A DNA stretch of 63,675 bases, counting the filler, from Reticulomyxa filosa (Eukaryota > Protista > Foraminifera): NCBI GenBank assembly GCA_000512085.1. It is 20 parts of 20 records of this genome, joined end to end, with 100 filler letters (N's around TTAATTAATTAA, not from the genome) between each part and the next. Parts side by side here need not be neighbours in the genome. Positions count along the whole stretch, not along the records: positions 13,010 to 15,243 come from ASPP01003985.1; positions 15,344 to 16,597 come from ASPP01033580.1; positions 16,698 to 24,272 come from ASPP01016607.1; 17 more parts are not named here. The stretch is one strand, 5' to 3'. The notes below the pieces were generated by a model, which did not search any database, was not told the DNA's origin, and saw nothing but the letters and a program-made list of their open reading frames with translations. Shown piece after piece: positions 13,010 through 24,372 of this stretch. The stretch's first letter is position 1. Each line of letters starts with the position of its first letter. The position numbers were made by a program, and so were the translations under genes.

Positions 13010-13182
13010 GGATTACCTTCGATCGGATACTGTTCCCAATATACATTCGACGCCCAAGGATTGATGTCCGTTGCACGGCCCTCAATATTATCTGTCTGAG
13101 TCGGTACTCGTTCTCGTGGGGCCGTTGCTCGTATATTGCTTTGGCTAACTCGACGAGCGACTTTGGAACCTTGACCTCCCAT
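13010..13182 (-). CDS. N-terminus of a probably N-myristoylated protein (3' partial)
   Basis: MGGQGSK fits the MGxxxS consensus. The frame is open to the contig edge. Confidence 0.6.
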
Positions 13183-13467
13183 TTATTATTTCTATTTATG
13201 TATTAACTCAATTTTTTTTTTTTAGCATTTCCTTCCTGGACACTTTCGCTCTTTTAATATTTTCATTAAACAATGATGATTTTTCAATTCCTACCGCAAA
13301 CGTCATGTTTTCATTTCTTCCCTGGGAACAATAATTTTCACATATTTCTTTCGTCAAGCGAAAGACAATACTGTCCGAAATTTCAGAGAAAATCAACAGA
13401 ATAAAAACATTGTCTAGAAAGGGGAATAAAAAAAGTGGTCTGATATATCTATTATCTTAAATGACAG

Positions 13468-15029
13468 GGGTGGTGGCTTGCCATTTCCTTTGGCAATACC
13501 AACATGCGTGTCTATGCTTGTAGCAGGGAAACAGTCATAAGTATTCCCTGTGAAAATGACGACAACACAATACAAAGTTGTGTATGGTTGTGCCAAAGTG
13601 GAGAGTTATTCATTGGAAACCATGCAACAGATGAATTGATTAGAATTACCACTGAAAAGATTGAAGACATAATATTTTTTATCGGAAAAAAGTTCCTAAT
13701 TATTTGTTTGCCATTTTATTTTTTTTAAAAAAAGTCCGACTCCAAACTTTTTTTTAAAAAGACGATGTGACGAGCTAGAAGTGAAGTCTGAAAGAAAACA
13801 ATGAAGATTTGACGTAGTGAAAGACTGGGAAAATAGGCCAGTAATTGAGATAATGAAGAAAGATAAAAAGCAAAGATACTTTGCGGAGGAGATAATATAC
13901 TGGTGGTTAAAGAAAATGAAGATGAGTGCCGAAAGGCAATCAATCACAAATGTAATGATTGGAATCCCTGATGACTTTAATGATACACAAACTAGAGCTG
14001 TCGTGGATGCAGCAAGAGTAGCTGGGTTCAAAGAAGGATTGCAGCTCCGGCGCAATAGTGTAGCTAGTGGATACCTCTACAAATTAGGAGAGGGATATAC
14101 GTGTATAATAAAATGGGGTGGCACTATGTTGTATGTTGCATTATTGCAAATATCAGGCCACAGTCGAGAGTTACGTGAGTCGTTCAGACAGCAGCTTGGA
14201 GGGAGAGATTTAGACGTTCTGTTGGCACGCTATTTAGTGAAAGAGTTTGTAGAGAGTCATAATCAACAAAATCTCCCTTCGCAACGTATGGTTGCCAGAG
14301 ACAGACTCCTTTTTTTTTAGTCGACATTTAAAACATCAATTAACATTTCAGAGCCAGGCATCTGTTCATATCCCTTTGTTCACAGGTGGCGTAGACTTGA
14401 CATTGGCCATGACTCAGAAAATTTTAGAAAAAGTGGAGCCAATACTTCTTCAAATTTCTCTTGAGTTTGTGAAAAGCTCAGTCCAAAGATGTCAAGTTTC
14501 TAATGTCATTTTATCTGGAGGAAGCTGTTTTATTCCAAAAGTGAAAGATATTATTGCCGGCATTTTCCCTGGCAAAAAAATACACAACTCTGTTCTCCCT
14601 TCTCAATGCATTGTACGTGGCTGCACGAAAATGATCAAAGAGTGAGGTTTTTTGAATTCATGTAACGATATCTTATTAATTGATTTATCACATTTGTCCA
14701 ACCTTGGGATCGAAGGTAAAGATGGGACGATGTACGCCTTCCTTTCAAAGTATTCTTGTATCCCTCAGCATCGAAGTGGCATTTGTGAATTTTTAACTGA
14801 CTATAATTGCAATCTTGCAATTGCCATTTACCATGGAGATAAGCCAAAGGCCAAAGATAATGTTTTTTTAGGAGAAATGCGTCTGTTGAATGTGTCCAAA
14901 ACCCCGTTTCAATTAGTCAAAATCGGACTCTTATTTAAGTTAGATGATAATGGACAGTTCACTGTTACAGCTACGGACACAGACAATCCAAGTAATGTAG
15001 ACATTGCATCTTTCGAATTAAATAAATAG
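13468..15029 (+). pseudogene. Divergent Hsp70-family gene with two in-frame TGA codons and one +1 break (pseudogene or recoded)
   Basis: LAISFGNTN, VMIGIPDDFNDTQTRAVVDAARVAG, LGGRDLD, VILSGGSCFIPKV, LGIE, IYHGDKPKAKDNVFLG and FKLDDNGQFTVTATD are Hsp70 NBD and SBD-beta motifs. TGA at 13802 and 14643; extra T at about 14310-14318. Confidence 0.8.
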
Positions 15030-15417
15030 CGGTTCAGTCAGATTCTACATACTTTTTTGTAAAATCTTTAACTGAATAATATTATATAATAGAAATGTTT
15101 ATGTTCCAATTTGTAATAAATATGTTGTAACAACATTTTAATTTAAATACAGTTGCGACAAAAAAAAATTAGTCACCATTAAAATATGAACTTTTTATGT
15201 TTCTAACTAAAATTTTAGTAGCAAATTGTGATTATTTTTTCTGNNNNNNNNNNNNNNNNNNNNNNNNNNNNNNNNNNNNNNNNNNNNTTAATTAATTAAN
15301 NNNNNNNNNNNNNNNNNNNNNNNNNNNNNNNNNNNNNNNNNNNAAAAAAAAAAAAGAAAGTTATTATAAGAAAATTATTACGAATTTTCTTGTACTGTTA
15401 TTATAAATAAACACATA

Positions 15418-15959
15418 CCCTTTTTTGTGATTTCCTTTCGCAATCGAGGTTTCAAATTCATCTTTGTTTGCAGATACCATTAGTAAAGCGACATCAGTTT
15501 GTATAACTCCAGTGATCATGTTCTTAATAAAATCTCTGCATTATTTTTTTAAAAAAAATAAAAATATTTATACATTCAAATAATTTTAACAATTCACCTG
15601 TGATAAGGGGGATCAATAATTGTGTAATTCCATGTTGGAGTAAGGAATTCTCGTGTTGTGAAAACAATTGTCACACCACGTGCTCTGTCTTCCTTTAATC
15701 CGTTCAAATAAAATTCAAACAAAGTTGAATCTTGTCCAGACTCTTGAGCTTCTTTCTTCAATTTTTCCAATTTTCTGTCAGTCAAACCTGCTAATTCGAA
15801 TAATAAACGACCAGTAATTGTGAGTTTGCCTGCACCGGCTTGTCCTGTGAAAAAAAAAAAATCATAACATTTTTTTATTTGTTAAAAAAAAAGAAAAGAA
15901 AAGAAACCGATTATGACAATTCTCAAATGTTTTTTTTCTTGTTTTGGATCAGCTGACAT
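15418..15959 (-). CDS. EFL: Elongation factor-like (EFL) GTPase, divergent paralogue, 3' partial, 3 exons seen
   Basis: EKKHLRIVIIG / RARGVTIVFTTREFLTPTWNYTIID / RDFIKNMITG / FETSIAKGNHKK. The TT(K/R)EF.T..W.YTIID and IAKGNHK segments are EFL-type rather than canonical EF-1alpha. Confidence 0.8.
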
Positions 15960-16444
15960 TATTGTCGACTAAACAGTGGAATGTAAATTATAAAAAAAGG
16001 TAGAACAAATCGTAAAGATTTTTTAAAAAATCCGTCCAAACTTGTCGAGTTTTTGCACAACGTCACCAAGGTCAATATAAAAAAGGTTGCTTATGAAAAA
16101 TATATACTGTGTATACAAATTTTAATGTCCTATTATGAAAATATACTGAGAAATATGACACAAACACGTCGTTGATGTCAGATCAACCCCATTCTCCAGT
16201 TTCGAGAAACGAGACAGAAGTGAAAGACGACAATGCTGATCTCGTGGGAGATAATAGCACCAATGCGAGTGTGGTGATCCATCACAACGCTCTTTCTATG
16301 AAATCCCAAAGACAGATCAATTAATTATCGGTTTACAAAAAGAAAATATGAAGTTGCAATATCTTTAAAAAAATTTATGAAGAAAAAATACATGATTTGA
16401 CTCAAGTTAATTTTTTTTTTTGTGTTCATATGCATATACACATA

Positions 16445-16597
16445 CAGTATATTGCAAAAAAAACTGCCATAACTAAATGGTACTATATGAATAGAATCGA
16501 TTTTCTCCATGAAAAATAAAGATTTAAACCTAATTTTTTTTTTAAAAAATATCTACTAATCTTGTAGTTTTTAAATATGAAATTGGTTTTATGATAA
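16445..16597 (+). repeat. DNA-transposon terminal repeat copy (TA|CAGTATATTGC)
   Basis: Close match to 30620-30720. Confidence 0.7.
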
Positions 16598-16788
16598 NNN
16601 NNNNNNNNNNNNNNNNNNNNNNNNNNNNNNNNNNNNNNNNNTTAATTAATTAANNNNNNNNNNNNNNNNNNNNNNNNNNNNNNNNNNNNNNNNNNNNAAA
16701 AAAAAAAAACAACGCAACGGAATTATCCGGAATTTGTAAGCTGATGACGTTGATGTCTACGTGCATACAAAAATGTGTATTTGAATAG

Positions 16789-17773
16789 ATTCGATCGGCT
16801 AGTGCAATGTGGGGTGCATGAAGCGCTACTTCATTCTGGAGCTGATGTAATAACGGGGGCGGACATTGCCGCAATTGAAAAAAAAGAAGACCTTTTGTTG
16901 TTGAAATGCCAAGACAAGAGGGAGTTCAAAGGTTATGACTGCGTCATTTACGCAGTTGGCAGAGGTCCGTTGTCGACGGAACTGGGATTGGAACATACCT
17001 CTGTAAAACAAGATAAACGAGGCTTTATTATTACAAATGAATGGGAGGAAACACATCAAAAGGGAATTTATGCCTTGGGGGATGTCAACAATAAAGTCCC
17101 GCTTACACCAGTTGCCATTCGCGCTGGGAGAAAGTGGGCTGATCGCGTGTTTGGAAGCATCAAAGATGCAAAAATGGAGTACGATCTTGTTCCGTCCGTC
17201 ATTTTCAGCCATCCGCCTATTGGGACTATTGGTCTTACTGAAGAGCATGTGCGTGAACAAGTGAAAAATAAGAAATTGCCCGAACCTATCAAGGTATTTA
17301 ATTGCTTGTTTGTTCTTTTTTTTTTTTTCATTTATTTATTTAATTGACAGTTATTAAACTGCTCGCTCAATTTTGTCATTTATATAAGACCCCCTTTGCG
17401 CATTAATACTATCAATGAAAAGGGGAGGGGGCGGCGGGGTAAAAAAAAAAAGATTTATGAAACCCATTTTCGAGACTTAAAGTATGGAATGTATTCAAAT
17501 CAAAGTGAAAAAGTCATGACTCATATGAAACTAGTTTGTGTAGGAAAAGAAGAAAAGATAGTGGGTTTGCACATGATTGGTGACGGTTGTGATGAAAGCC
17601 TTCAAGGATTTGCCGTTGCAATCAAAATGGGTGCTACTAAAGAAGATTTTGACAACATCACAGCAATTCATCCAACAGCAGCTGAAGAATTAGTCACAAT
17701 CAAAGTTGCTCGTGGGGATGAAGACAATTACTCTTACAATTGTGGACCAGATCAGAAAGTAGACTTAAAATGA
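16789..17773 (+). CDS. GSR: Glutathione reductase (5' partial; intron 17294-17452)
   Basis: [77 protein letters not shown]. Confidence 0.95.
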
Positions 17774-17898
17774 AGTCGTTGATTTCTTTTTTTGAATTGT
17801 CTTGAATAAAATAATAATGTTCAATCTTTTGATCAAAAAAAGTTTTTTCCTCTCGATAAAAAATAAAGCAAAAAACAAAAAAGGCAATTTTTTATTAT

Positions 17899-19061
17899 TT
17901 AGTCAACCTCAACCTTTTTTTTCCAAATTTTATTCTTAAAAAATTCTAAGGCTGTTTCAATGGGAGCAACGGAAGAACGTCTATCCCATATAACTTCTCC
18001 TGGGTGCCCTTGGTTGAAAGTTGCAATTTTCCAAATAAATTCGCAATTAATATATCCACGCTCATCACCAGAACACAAAATAACGTTGTTAGTTGAAATT
18101 TGCATTTTCAGACCATTCTTAATGCATGCAATCGGTCCACATAAAGAAGCAGCTGACAGTTTTTTCTTAACCCTGATTTTACATTACCGATTTGGAATTG
18201 ATCTCCACATGCAAAATGGACATGTGATCGTTTCATGCGACTTAATCCACCACTCTTGATAATCAATTCAAATGTATTGAAATACGTTCCATGGCAAATG
18301 ATGTCACTCCATTGTTTTTCAATGATTTCTTCAATAGTTAAATCTCGCAGCAAACAATCAAAATCCAGTTCTACTGTCCCTTTACTTTTCAGGGAATGTC
18401 CTTGATTTGCCCGAATCCACAAGTCCTTCTTCATTTTTTCCGTCGTGGTACTAGATTCCACACATTTCAACGAATATCTTTGCTTATCATCGTTTGCCAC
18501 CATCTAAAGACAAAGATTTCATTATAACAACAATCAAAAATCAATTTTCATTTTTCCAATCATATCGTAAAGCGCTTATTATATATGTATACGTAATACA
18601 TGTATATAACACAAAAGTGCAAGAAAGGAAAAAAAAAGAAGAGAACTAACATTTTGGATATCTTCCAAAGTGACCTGCCCTTTTTGCATAGCTGGAATAG
18701 TAAGTAATTCAGACACTCTTACATACCCTTCCTTGTCCATGTGAAGTTTTAACTTGTCTGCAGTGTGTCTAAGAATGCGGGACGTGGTTTTGCTCAATTG
18801 TATACCTTGCAACTTGCGTTGTTTCTGGCCTGCATTTTTGTTCGATTTTGGTTGTTTAGGAGTTTTAGAATAATCTTGCTTCTTTTGACTAGATTGTTTT
18901 TTCTTTGTTTGATTTTCCTTGTGCTCATCATGACTGAGAAGTTCCAAATACGACAATGGTAAGGTATTGTTATTATTCTCATTTTTATTATTGCCGCCAA
19001 TCGCCTGAATTTGTCGTTCGCAAATTAATTGCTTTTCTTTCGAATCACGATTCCAAATTTT
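17899..19061 (-). CDS. TPT1: Tpt1/KptA RNA 2'-phosphotransferase domain (C-terminal half of a NUDIX-Tpt1 fusion); intron 18504-18651; -1 break at about 18121-18135
   Basis: LSKTTSRILRH, DDKQRYSL, IRANQGHS, CHGT, GLSRMKRSHVHF, SGLR, STNNVILCSG. There is no in-frame ATG upstream of the LSK..RH motif. Confidence 0.9.
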
Positions 19062-19915
19062 TCATACGCTTGACAGAGCGCATCTTTTGTATTTTCGTAT
19101 CGAGCCGGAATATATTTTTGACATTCCTTAAATGCCAGCCATTGGACAGCCGCAATTTCCTTAGGACGTATAATTGAAGGGATGCACTTTTCATTGCAAT
19201 GTGCCAAAAATATTGTCGTCCGTTTTAACTTCAGAGTTTTGTAGGTTTTATATTTGTACTCGATTATCAATGGGTCGTGCCAATCACAGGTTATCACATC
19301 TTTGAAATAATTGCATCCAGTCTCTTCTTCAAATTCACGAATTGCCGTACTAAACCCATTCGGATTTTCTGTTCTTTCCAATCTACCCTTTTTTTTTTTT
19401 TTTTTTAAATAAAAAAAAAGTAAATTTGAAAGAAGCAAAAAATTAATTAATTAATTAATTAAAAAAAACGTACTTTTGGAAATCCCCACTCCGAGTTATA
19501 CTTGTTTTTAATTAATAGAAATTCCAAATCATATTGCTGAGTGATCTCATTTACATTGTATTTACTCGCTTGTGTCAAGCCTTGGACTCGATAGCATAGA
19601 AGTCCAAAAGAGTATACGTACTCTTTATACTCTATTCCTTCGCTTATTGTTTTAAATCAGTCATTTGTTCTTTTCTTGGCTGTCCCATTGCTTTAGGGCT
19701 TACTCCTTCCCATTGCTTTAACAATTGCTCTAATGCAGTGACCGAACTATTGCGCTCAGCTCCCTCACCGCTGCTTGGATCGTCGCGATTTTTTGTTTCA
19801 CGTTTTGTACTGTTTGTTGTTTGTCCGTCAATACAAATGTTTAATAACGCATTGATCGCATTTATTTGCAATACCTCAAACCATCTTCTTTAGTTTCAAC
19901 GAGATTTGCCGACAT
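19025..19915 (-). CDS. NUDIX hydrolase domain (Ap4A-hydrolase-like) with N-terminal extension; intron 19388-19473; -1 breaks at about 19647-19656 and probably about 19865-19889
   Basis: YSFGLLCYR...EFLLIK..WGFPK|GRLERTENPNGFSTAIREFEEETG (Nudix box). Confidence 0.88.
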
Positions 19916-20330
19916 TTTTATTTGTATTCAAAAGTATCAAAGGGAAAGTTTTTTGAACTTGTGGAAGTTCAGACCAATTTTTTTAAACGATAAGAAAGTC
20001 TTTGCATGTGATTTTTTCCGTTTATACTTAAAAATGGATATTTTTCCCAGAAGTTCAAAATCAAACATTGCGTTGATAAAACTCGTCCAATGTTGATCGA
20101 TAGTAAAAGGTTATAAATGTACTTAAAAAAAAAATATACGGCCTAGAAAAAAGATAATTTTCTGACATTTTTTTCTTTGCATAAGGATTAAAATGCCTTC
20201 GTTGCCAGTAAATCCTTCCAAAATAGCCGTCCATTTCCAAGATCCTTCTCAATGTGTGTGTAATTTTCATATGTTTCTGGGAAACTTGCAAAGCTCTTCG
20301 ACAAATATTTCAAAAAGTGGGAAAATTCGC

Positions 20331-21897
20331 GAAATGTGTTCAAATTTTTTTTCCTTCAATCTGTTATTTTTGGCAGTGTCGTGGCTACTAATAATTGGCC
20401 CCTTGGTGGTCTCATTAGATCTGCTTGCGATTCACTTCACAAACTGGTATTTTGACAATAATTTAGAATACTTGCAGCATACATTAATGATTTGCGTGTA
20501 CGGGTTGAATGCATATTTCATTTTGAAACATATAGTGCTGGACAAAAAGGATGCTGCCCCGAAATTGACAAAATCAAAATTAGGCCGAATATTATCTCTA
20601 GGTATGCTATCAACGGTTGCATCGCTTTTGAACCTGTTAATAACAGCGACAACATGGATAGCTCCAAACAAATGGCTTAAAGGGGGATTCCTTTGCGATT
20701 TGGTGTATTGCGAGTATATGTCATATAATTTGTATTATTTGGAGATATTTGGTCTGATTATGCCCTGTTTCATAGCATTGTTTCTCTATCAAGTCACGGA
20801 CAAATGGAGGAAGAATCGATCTGATGTTATTTTCGATGGGAATATCAATAGCACGAAAATAACGACGACACCCAATGAATTGTCAGTCTCATTGCTATCG
20901 TCCGATGTTAATGAAACGGATCAATTTGATAACCTGAACAATAACAATACACCCGTAATGTCCATTTTTTGGTATAATGTGTATGCATATTTGTGGATTT
21001 TCTTGTACGGCTTGGCCTTGTTTGTATCCTATTGCTATTCTCAAATTCAGTCTTCCTATACCAATGACCACTTTGATTTGGTGTATCTGTCACTATTATT
21101 TGCCATGTTTACATTAAAATTGGCCATCAAAAGAGTCTCACGAGGCTTGGATATGTGTCGAGCACATTGGCAACACAAACATTACACTAACTCATCAGAT
21201 CCGGAACAAACATCCATTGAATTAATGACTGAGTTTATCATGTCCTATATTTATTGGGACGTATACCGATATTTGTTCATTTGCGAAAAGATCAAATGGG
21301 AAAGTTTCATTATTTCCAAAATAATGCACGTTCTTTCAGAATTATTCGAAACTGGGTATGTTTCCCCTTTTGCAATGTGTACGTATTATTTGTTTACTTT
21401 TTTTTGCAAAAAACATGCACAAAATAAAAAGATTTCGTCCAGGTAATTGGTATTTTAAAACAACAACAGTATTGCTTAACACAAGGCTGTCAAATGCCTA
21501 TTTGATACCTTATGGAATCATACAAGATGTTTACACATCAAACAATGAATGGAAGCAGCGCTTCTCAGCAGATATCATGTTGCATTTCATGGCATCGTTT
21601 TTTGATGGATTTGGCTGGATTGTTACCTTGAACGTGCAAAGACAATATTTTAACACCAGTTTAGGAATTGACGTGTCTGACTCTTTTGTCTTTTTAGTTG
21701 TGAGTATGTCCATTGATGCGATCCTTTTACTTATTCATTATATCTGGTTTTTATTCGCTTATGGCATTAATGTTACCGAGCTGGCTTCTGTTTTGTTTAT
21801 ATCCCCAAAGCAAAATAAATTTCGTTGGGATTTCATTTTGACTTTGATTTTCCTGTATTGTTCATCTGCTCTACAATGGTTGTTTTTGGGAACGTAA
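20331..21897 (+). CDS. Unknown polytopic membrane protein (intron about 21356-21431; start uncertain)
   Basis: Long hydrophobic ORFs join in frame as ETG|FRPGNW. No frame breaks. Confidence 0.75.
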
Positions 21898-22209
21898 TCT
21901 CAACAAAATATATTTATTATTTTTTTTTTGGTCAGAATTTTTATTTGAAATAAGTTATTTTTAGCGATCAGATTTTGAAATATACTTTATGTCTTCTTGA
22001 AAACAACACTGCAACTAAAAAAGACCTATCGAATAGAAATGCTGTTTTGTCCCAAAAACTAAAAATGTTCGGGACATAACAAAATAAGTCATAATAAATA
22101 ATTAAAAATAAGAACAAAAAATATCAAAAATAATAACCTAGATATTGTCCTTTTATTTGTAAAAACACAAACACAAACTCTTATCCAAAAAACATTAAGG
22201 ATTGTCAGA

Positions 22210-23221
22210 TTATTTTTGGTAGTCAGTTTTTCCCTTGTTATCATTTTTTGCTAAAGTATCAGATATCGTCTCATCATTCTTTTTTGTTCCGGTTACAACT
22301 TTTGATGAGATTTCTTTTCCACTGTTCTTTATGGAAGCCTATGCATTAACCCCTTTTTCTTTGGGAAAAGGGGGTACACAATAAAATAAAGGTTTCGCAG
22401 ATCAGTACTAAACTTGAATAAATCCTAAAAAGGGTGGCGAATTTCGTGTAGGACCTGACTTGAATTCAGGATGAAACTGGCATGCAAAATAAAAGGGGTG
22501 TTTGTCTTTTGGTAACTCGACAATTTCCATTCGTTCCCCTGATTCGTCTTTGCCAGTGAACAGTAACCCTTGACTTTCCAATTCTTTTACAAACTTTGGG
22601 TTTACTTCATACCTGTGACGATGTCGCTCAGAAATTTTGGTCTATGATCAAATTCCAAGCATCGGATACAAAAAAAAAAAAAAAAAAAGAAATTCTTGTC
22701 ATATTGTATTGTCTGTTATGAATTGGTACAAAACTGATTGATAGCAATCATAGGCAATCGAGTCCGATTGTAAATGGCATGTTTTGGCTCCCAGTCTCAT
22801 GGTACCGCCCAAATGTGAGGAAGAGATATCCGGCATACAGATTACGACCTTGTTTTGCGTCGTTGGGTCAAACTCCGCACTGTTGGCATTCTTTAGATTA
22901 CATATGTGTCGAGCGTATTCAATAACTGCGCACTGCATGCCAAGACAAATGCCAAAAAACGGTTTTTTATGAGTACGAGCATATTCGATCGCAAGGATCT
23001 TTCCCTCGATGCCCCGATCGCCAAACCCTCCTGGTATCAATATTCCGTCCACACTTTCCAAGCTTTTCCAAGCCCTCGCGTATTTTTGCAAAGGTCCATT
23101 GTCATTTTCCTCTTTGTTTTCCTCGCTTTCTTCTTTTGTCTCTGTTTCCGTCTTAGTCTCGGTCTCAGCCTTGGTGGTCGCTTATGTGTATTGTGATATA
23201 TATTTTGAATCAATAGCCCTC

Positions 23222-23257
<36 letters not shown>

Positions 23258-24090
23258 TTAGTATATTAACAAGACGCCTCTGTCCCTCCTCTTTCCAATT
23301 ACCAATGCAACATAGAGATGGAGAGAACATTTTTTACTTGAGGATATCTCTTTGGTCTTTTCAGGATGTTCGTTGGTGAGTTCCTTCGATGGGTCTGTGA
23401 TCAGGTCGCCATCGGTCGGCACAATTGGTAAAGACTCCAAATCCGTGCTTTCGATCCACATAAGAGTCAATTTCAAATCACAGGCCAATGCTGCAGTGGT
23501 CAATGCTTTTGTCAAGCTGATATAGCTATCGGACAAGCCTAGCACACAACCATCAATTTGTCATAATCATTATAATTTCTTTTTTTTTTTTAAAAAAAAA
23601 AAGGGGGTCGATAAAAAGAGAGAGAGAGAGAGAGACCAGTGTATTTGCCAACAATTCCAATGACAACTTCTTCGTGACAATGCTGAAGTTTAAAGTCTAA
23701 TAAATCAAAGTCTTGTACTTGCAGCGGAGGAGTGGCATCATGAATATGCAGGGACTGCAAGATCAACGAACAAATGTTTTGTTGCAGCAGCAGACGTGGG
23801 ACGGCGTAAATGTTCGGGACGTCATGGACACTGAGCACACGGTCAGGCGGCACCATGCTAAACAGTGAGATTTTTTTACGAATGCTCGCGCTGATGGGCT
23901 GCGTGCTTCGACAAACAATCATATCGGGGATCAGTCCCGCCTCTCGCAATGCCTTCACACTGTGTTGTGTCGGCTTCGACTTCATCTCGCCGTCCGCTCC
24001 CAACGCCGGGATTAGTGAAACATGAATCAAACAAAAGTGTTGAGAGCCCACGTCAAACTTCAATTGTCGCAATGTTTCTAAAAATATCAT
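22210..24090 (-). CDS. CTPS: CTP synthase (5' partial, six exons seen)
   Basis: [69 protein letters not shown]. All exons join by GT-AG in frame. Confidence 0.97.
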
Positions 24091-24226
24091 GCTTTCAATA
24101 TCACCTTTATATATGTATATTACATATCTATATATTTATATATATAAATATTTGCACAATATTTACATACAGAGACGACACAAAGTATACATAAAAGTGT
24201 ATATATTTTTTTCCCTCTTGGCAGCC

Positions 24227-24260
<34 letters not shown>

Positions 24261-24372
24261 CCCCCCCCCCCCNNNNNNNNNNNNNNNNNNNNNNNNNNNN
24301 NNNNNNNNNNNNNNNNTTAATTAATTAANNNNNNNNNNNNNNNNNNNNNNNNNNNNNNNNNNNNNNNNNNNN

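Noticed and set aside
13802-17773. Genome-wide TGA=Trp reassignment
   Set aside because: TGA terminates GSR (17771) and SGT1 (43452), and TGG is used for Trp throughout. Only the Hsp70-like gene shows the pattern.
19441-19462. (AATT)n tract resembling the spacer core
   Set aside because: It has no Ns and lies inside the NUDIX intron, so it is a natural microsatellite.
18108-19864. Euplotes-type stop-codon-triggered frameshifting
   Set aside because: AAA TAA occurs at one site, but Tpt1 homology places the best-anchored shift several codons upstream of the stop.
16698-24272. Operon-like or prokaryotic origin for the GSR / Tpt1 / NUDIX / CTPS cluster
   Set aside because: All carry spliceosomal introns and orientations are mixed, so this is compact eukaryotic gene packing.
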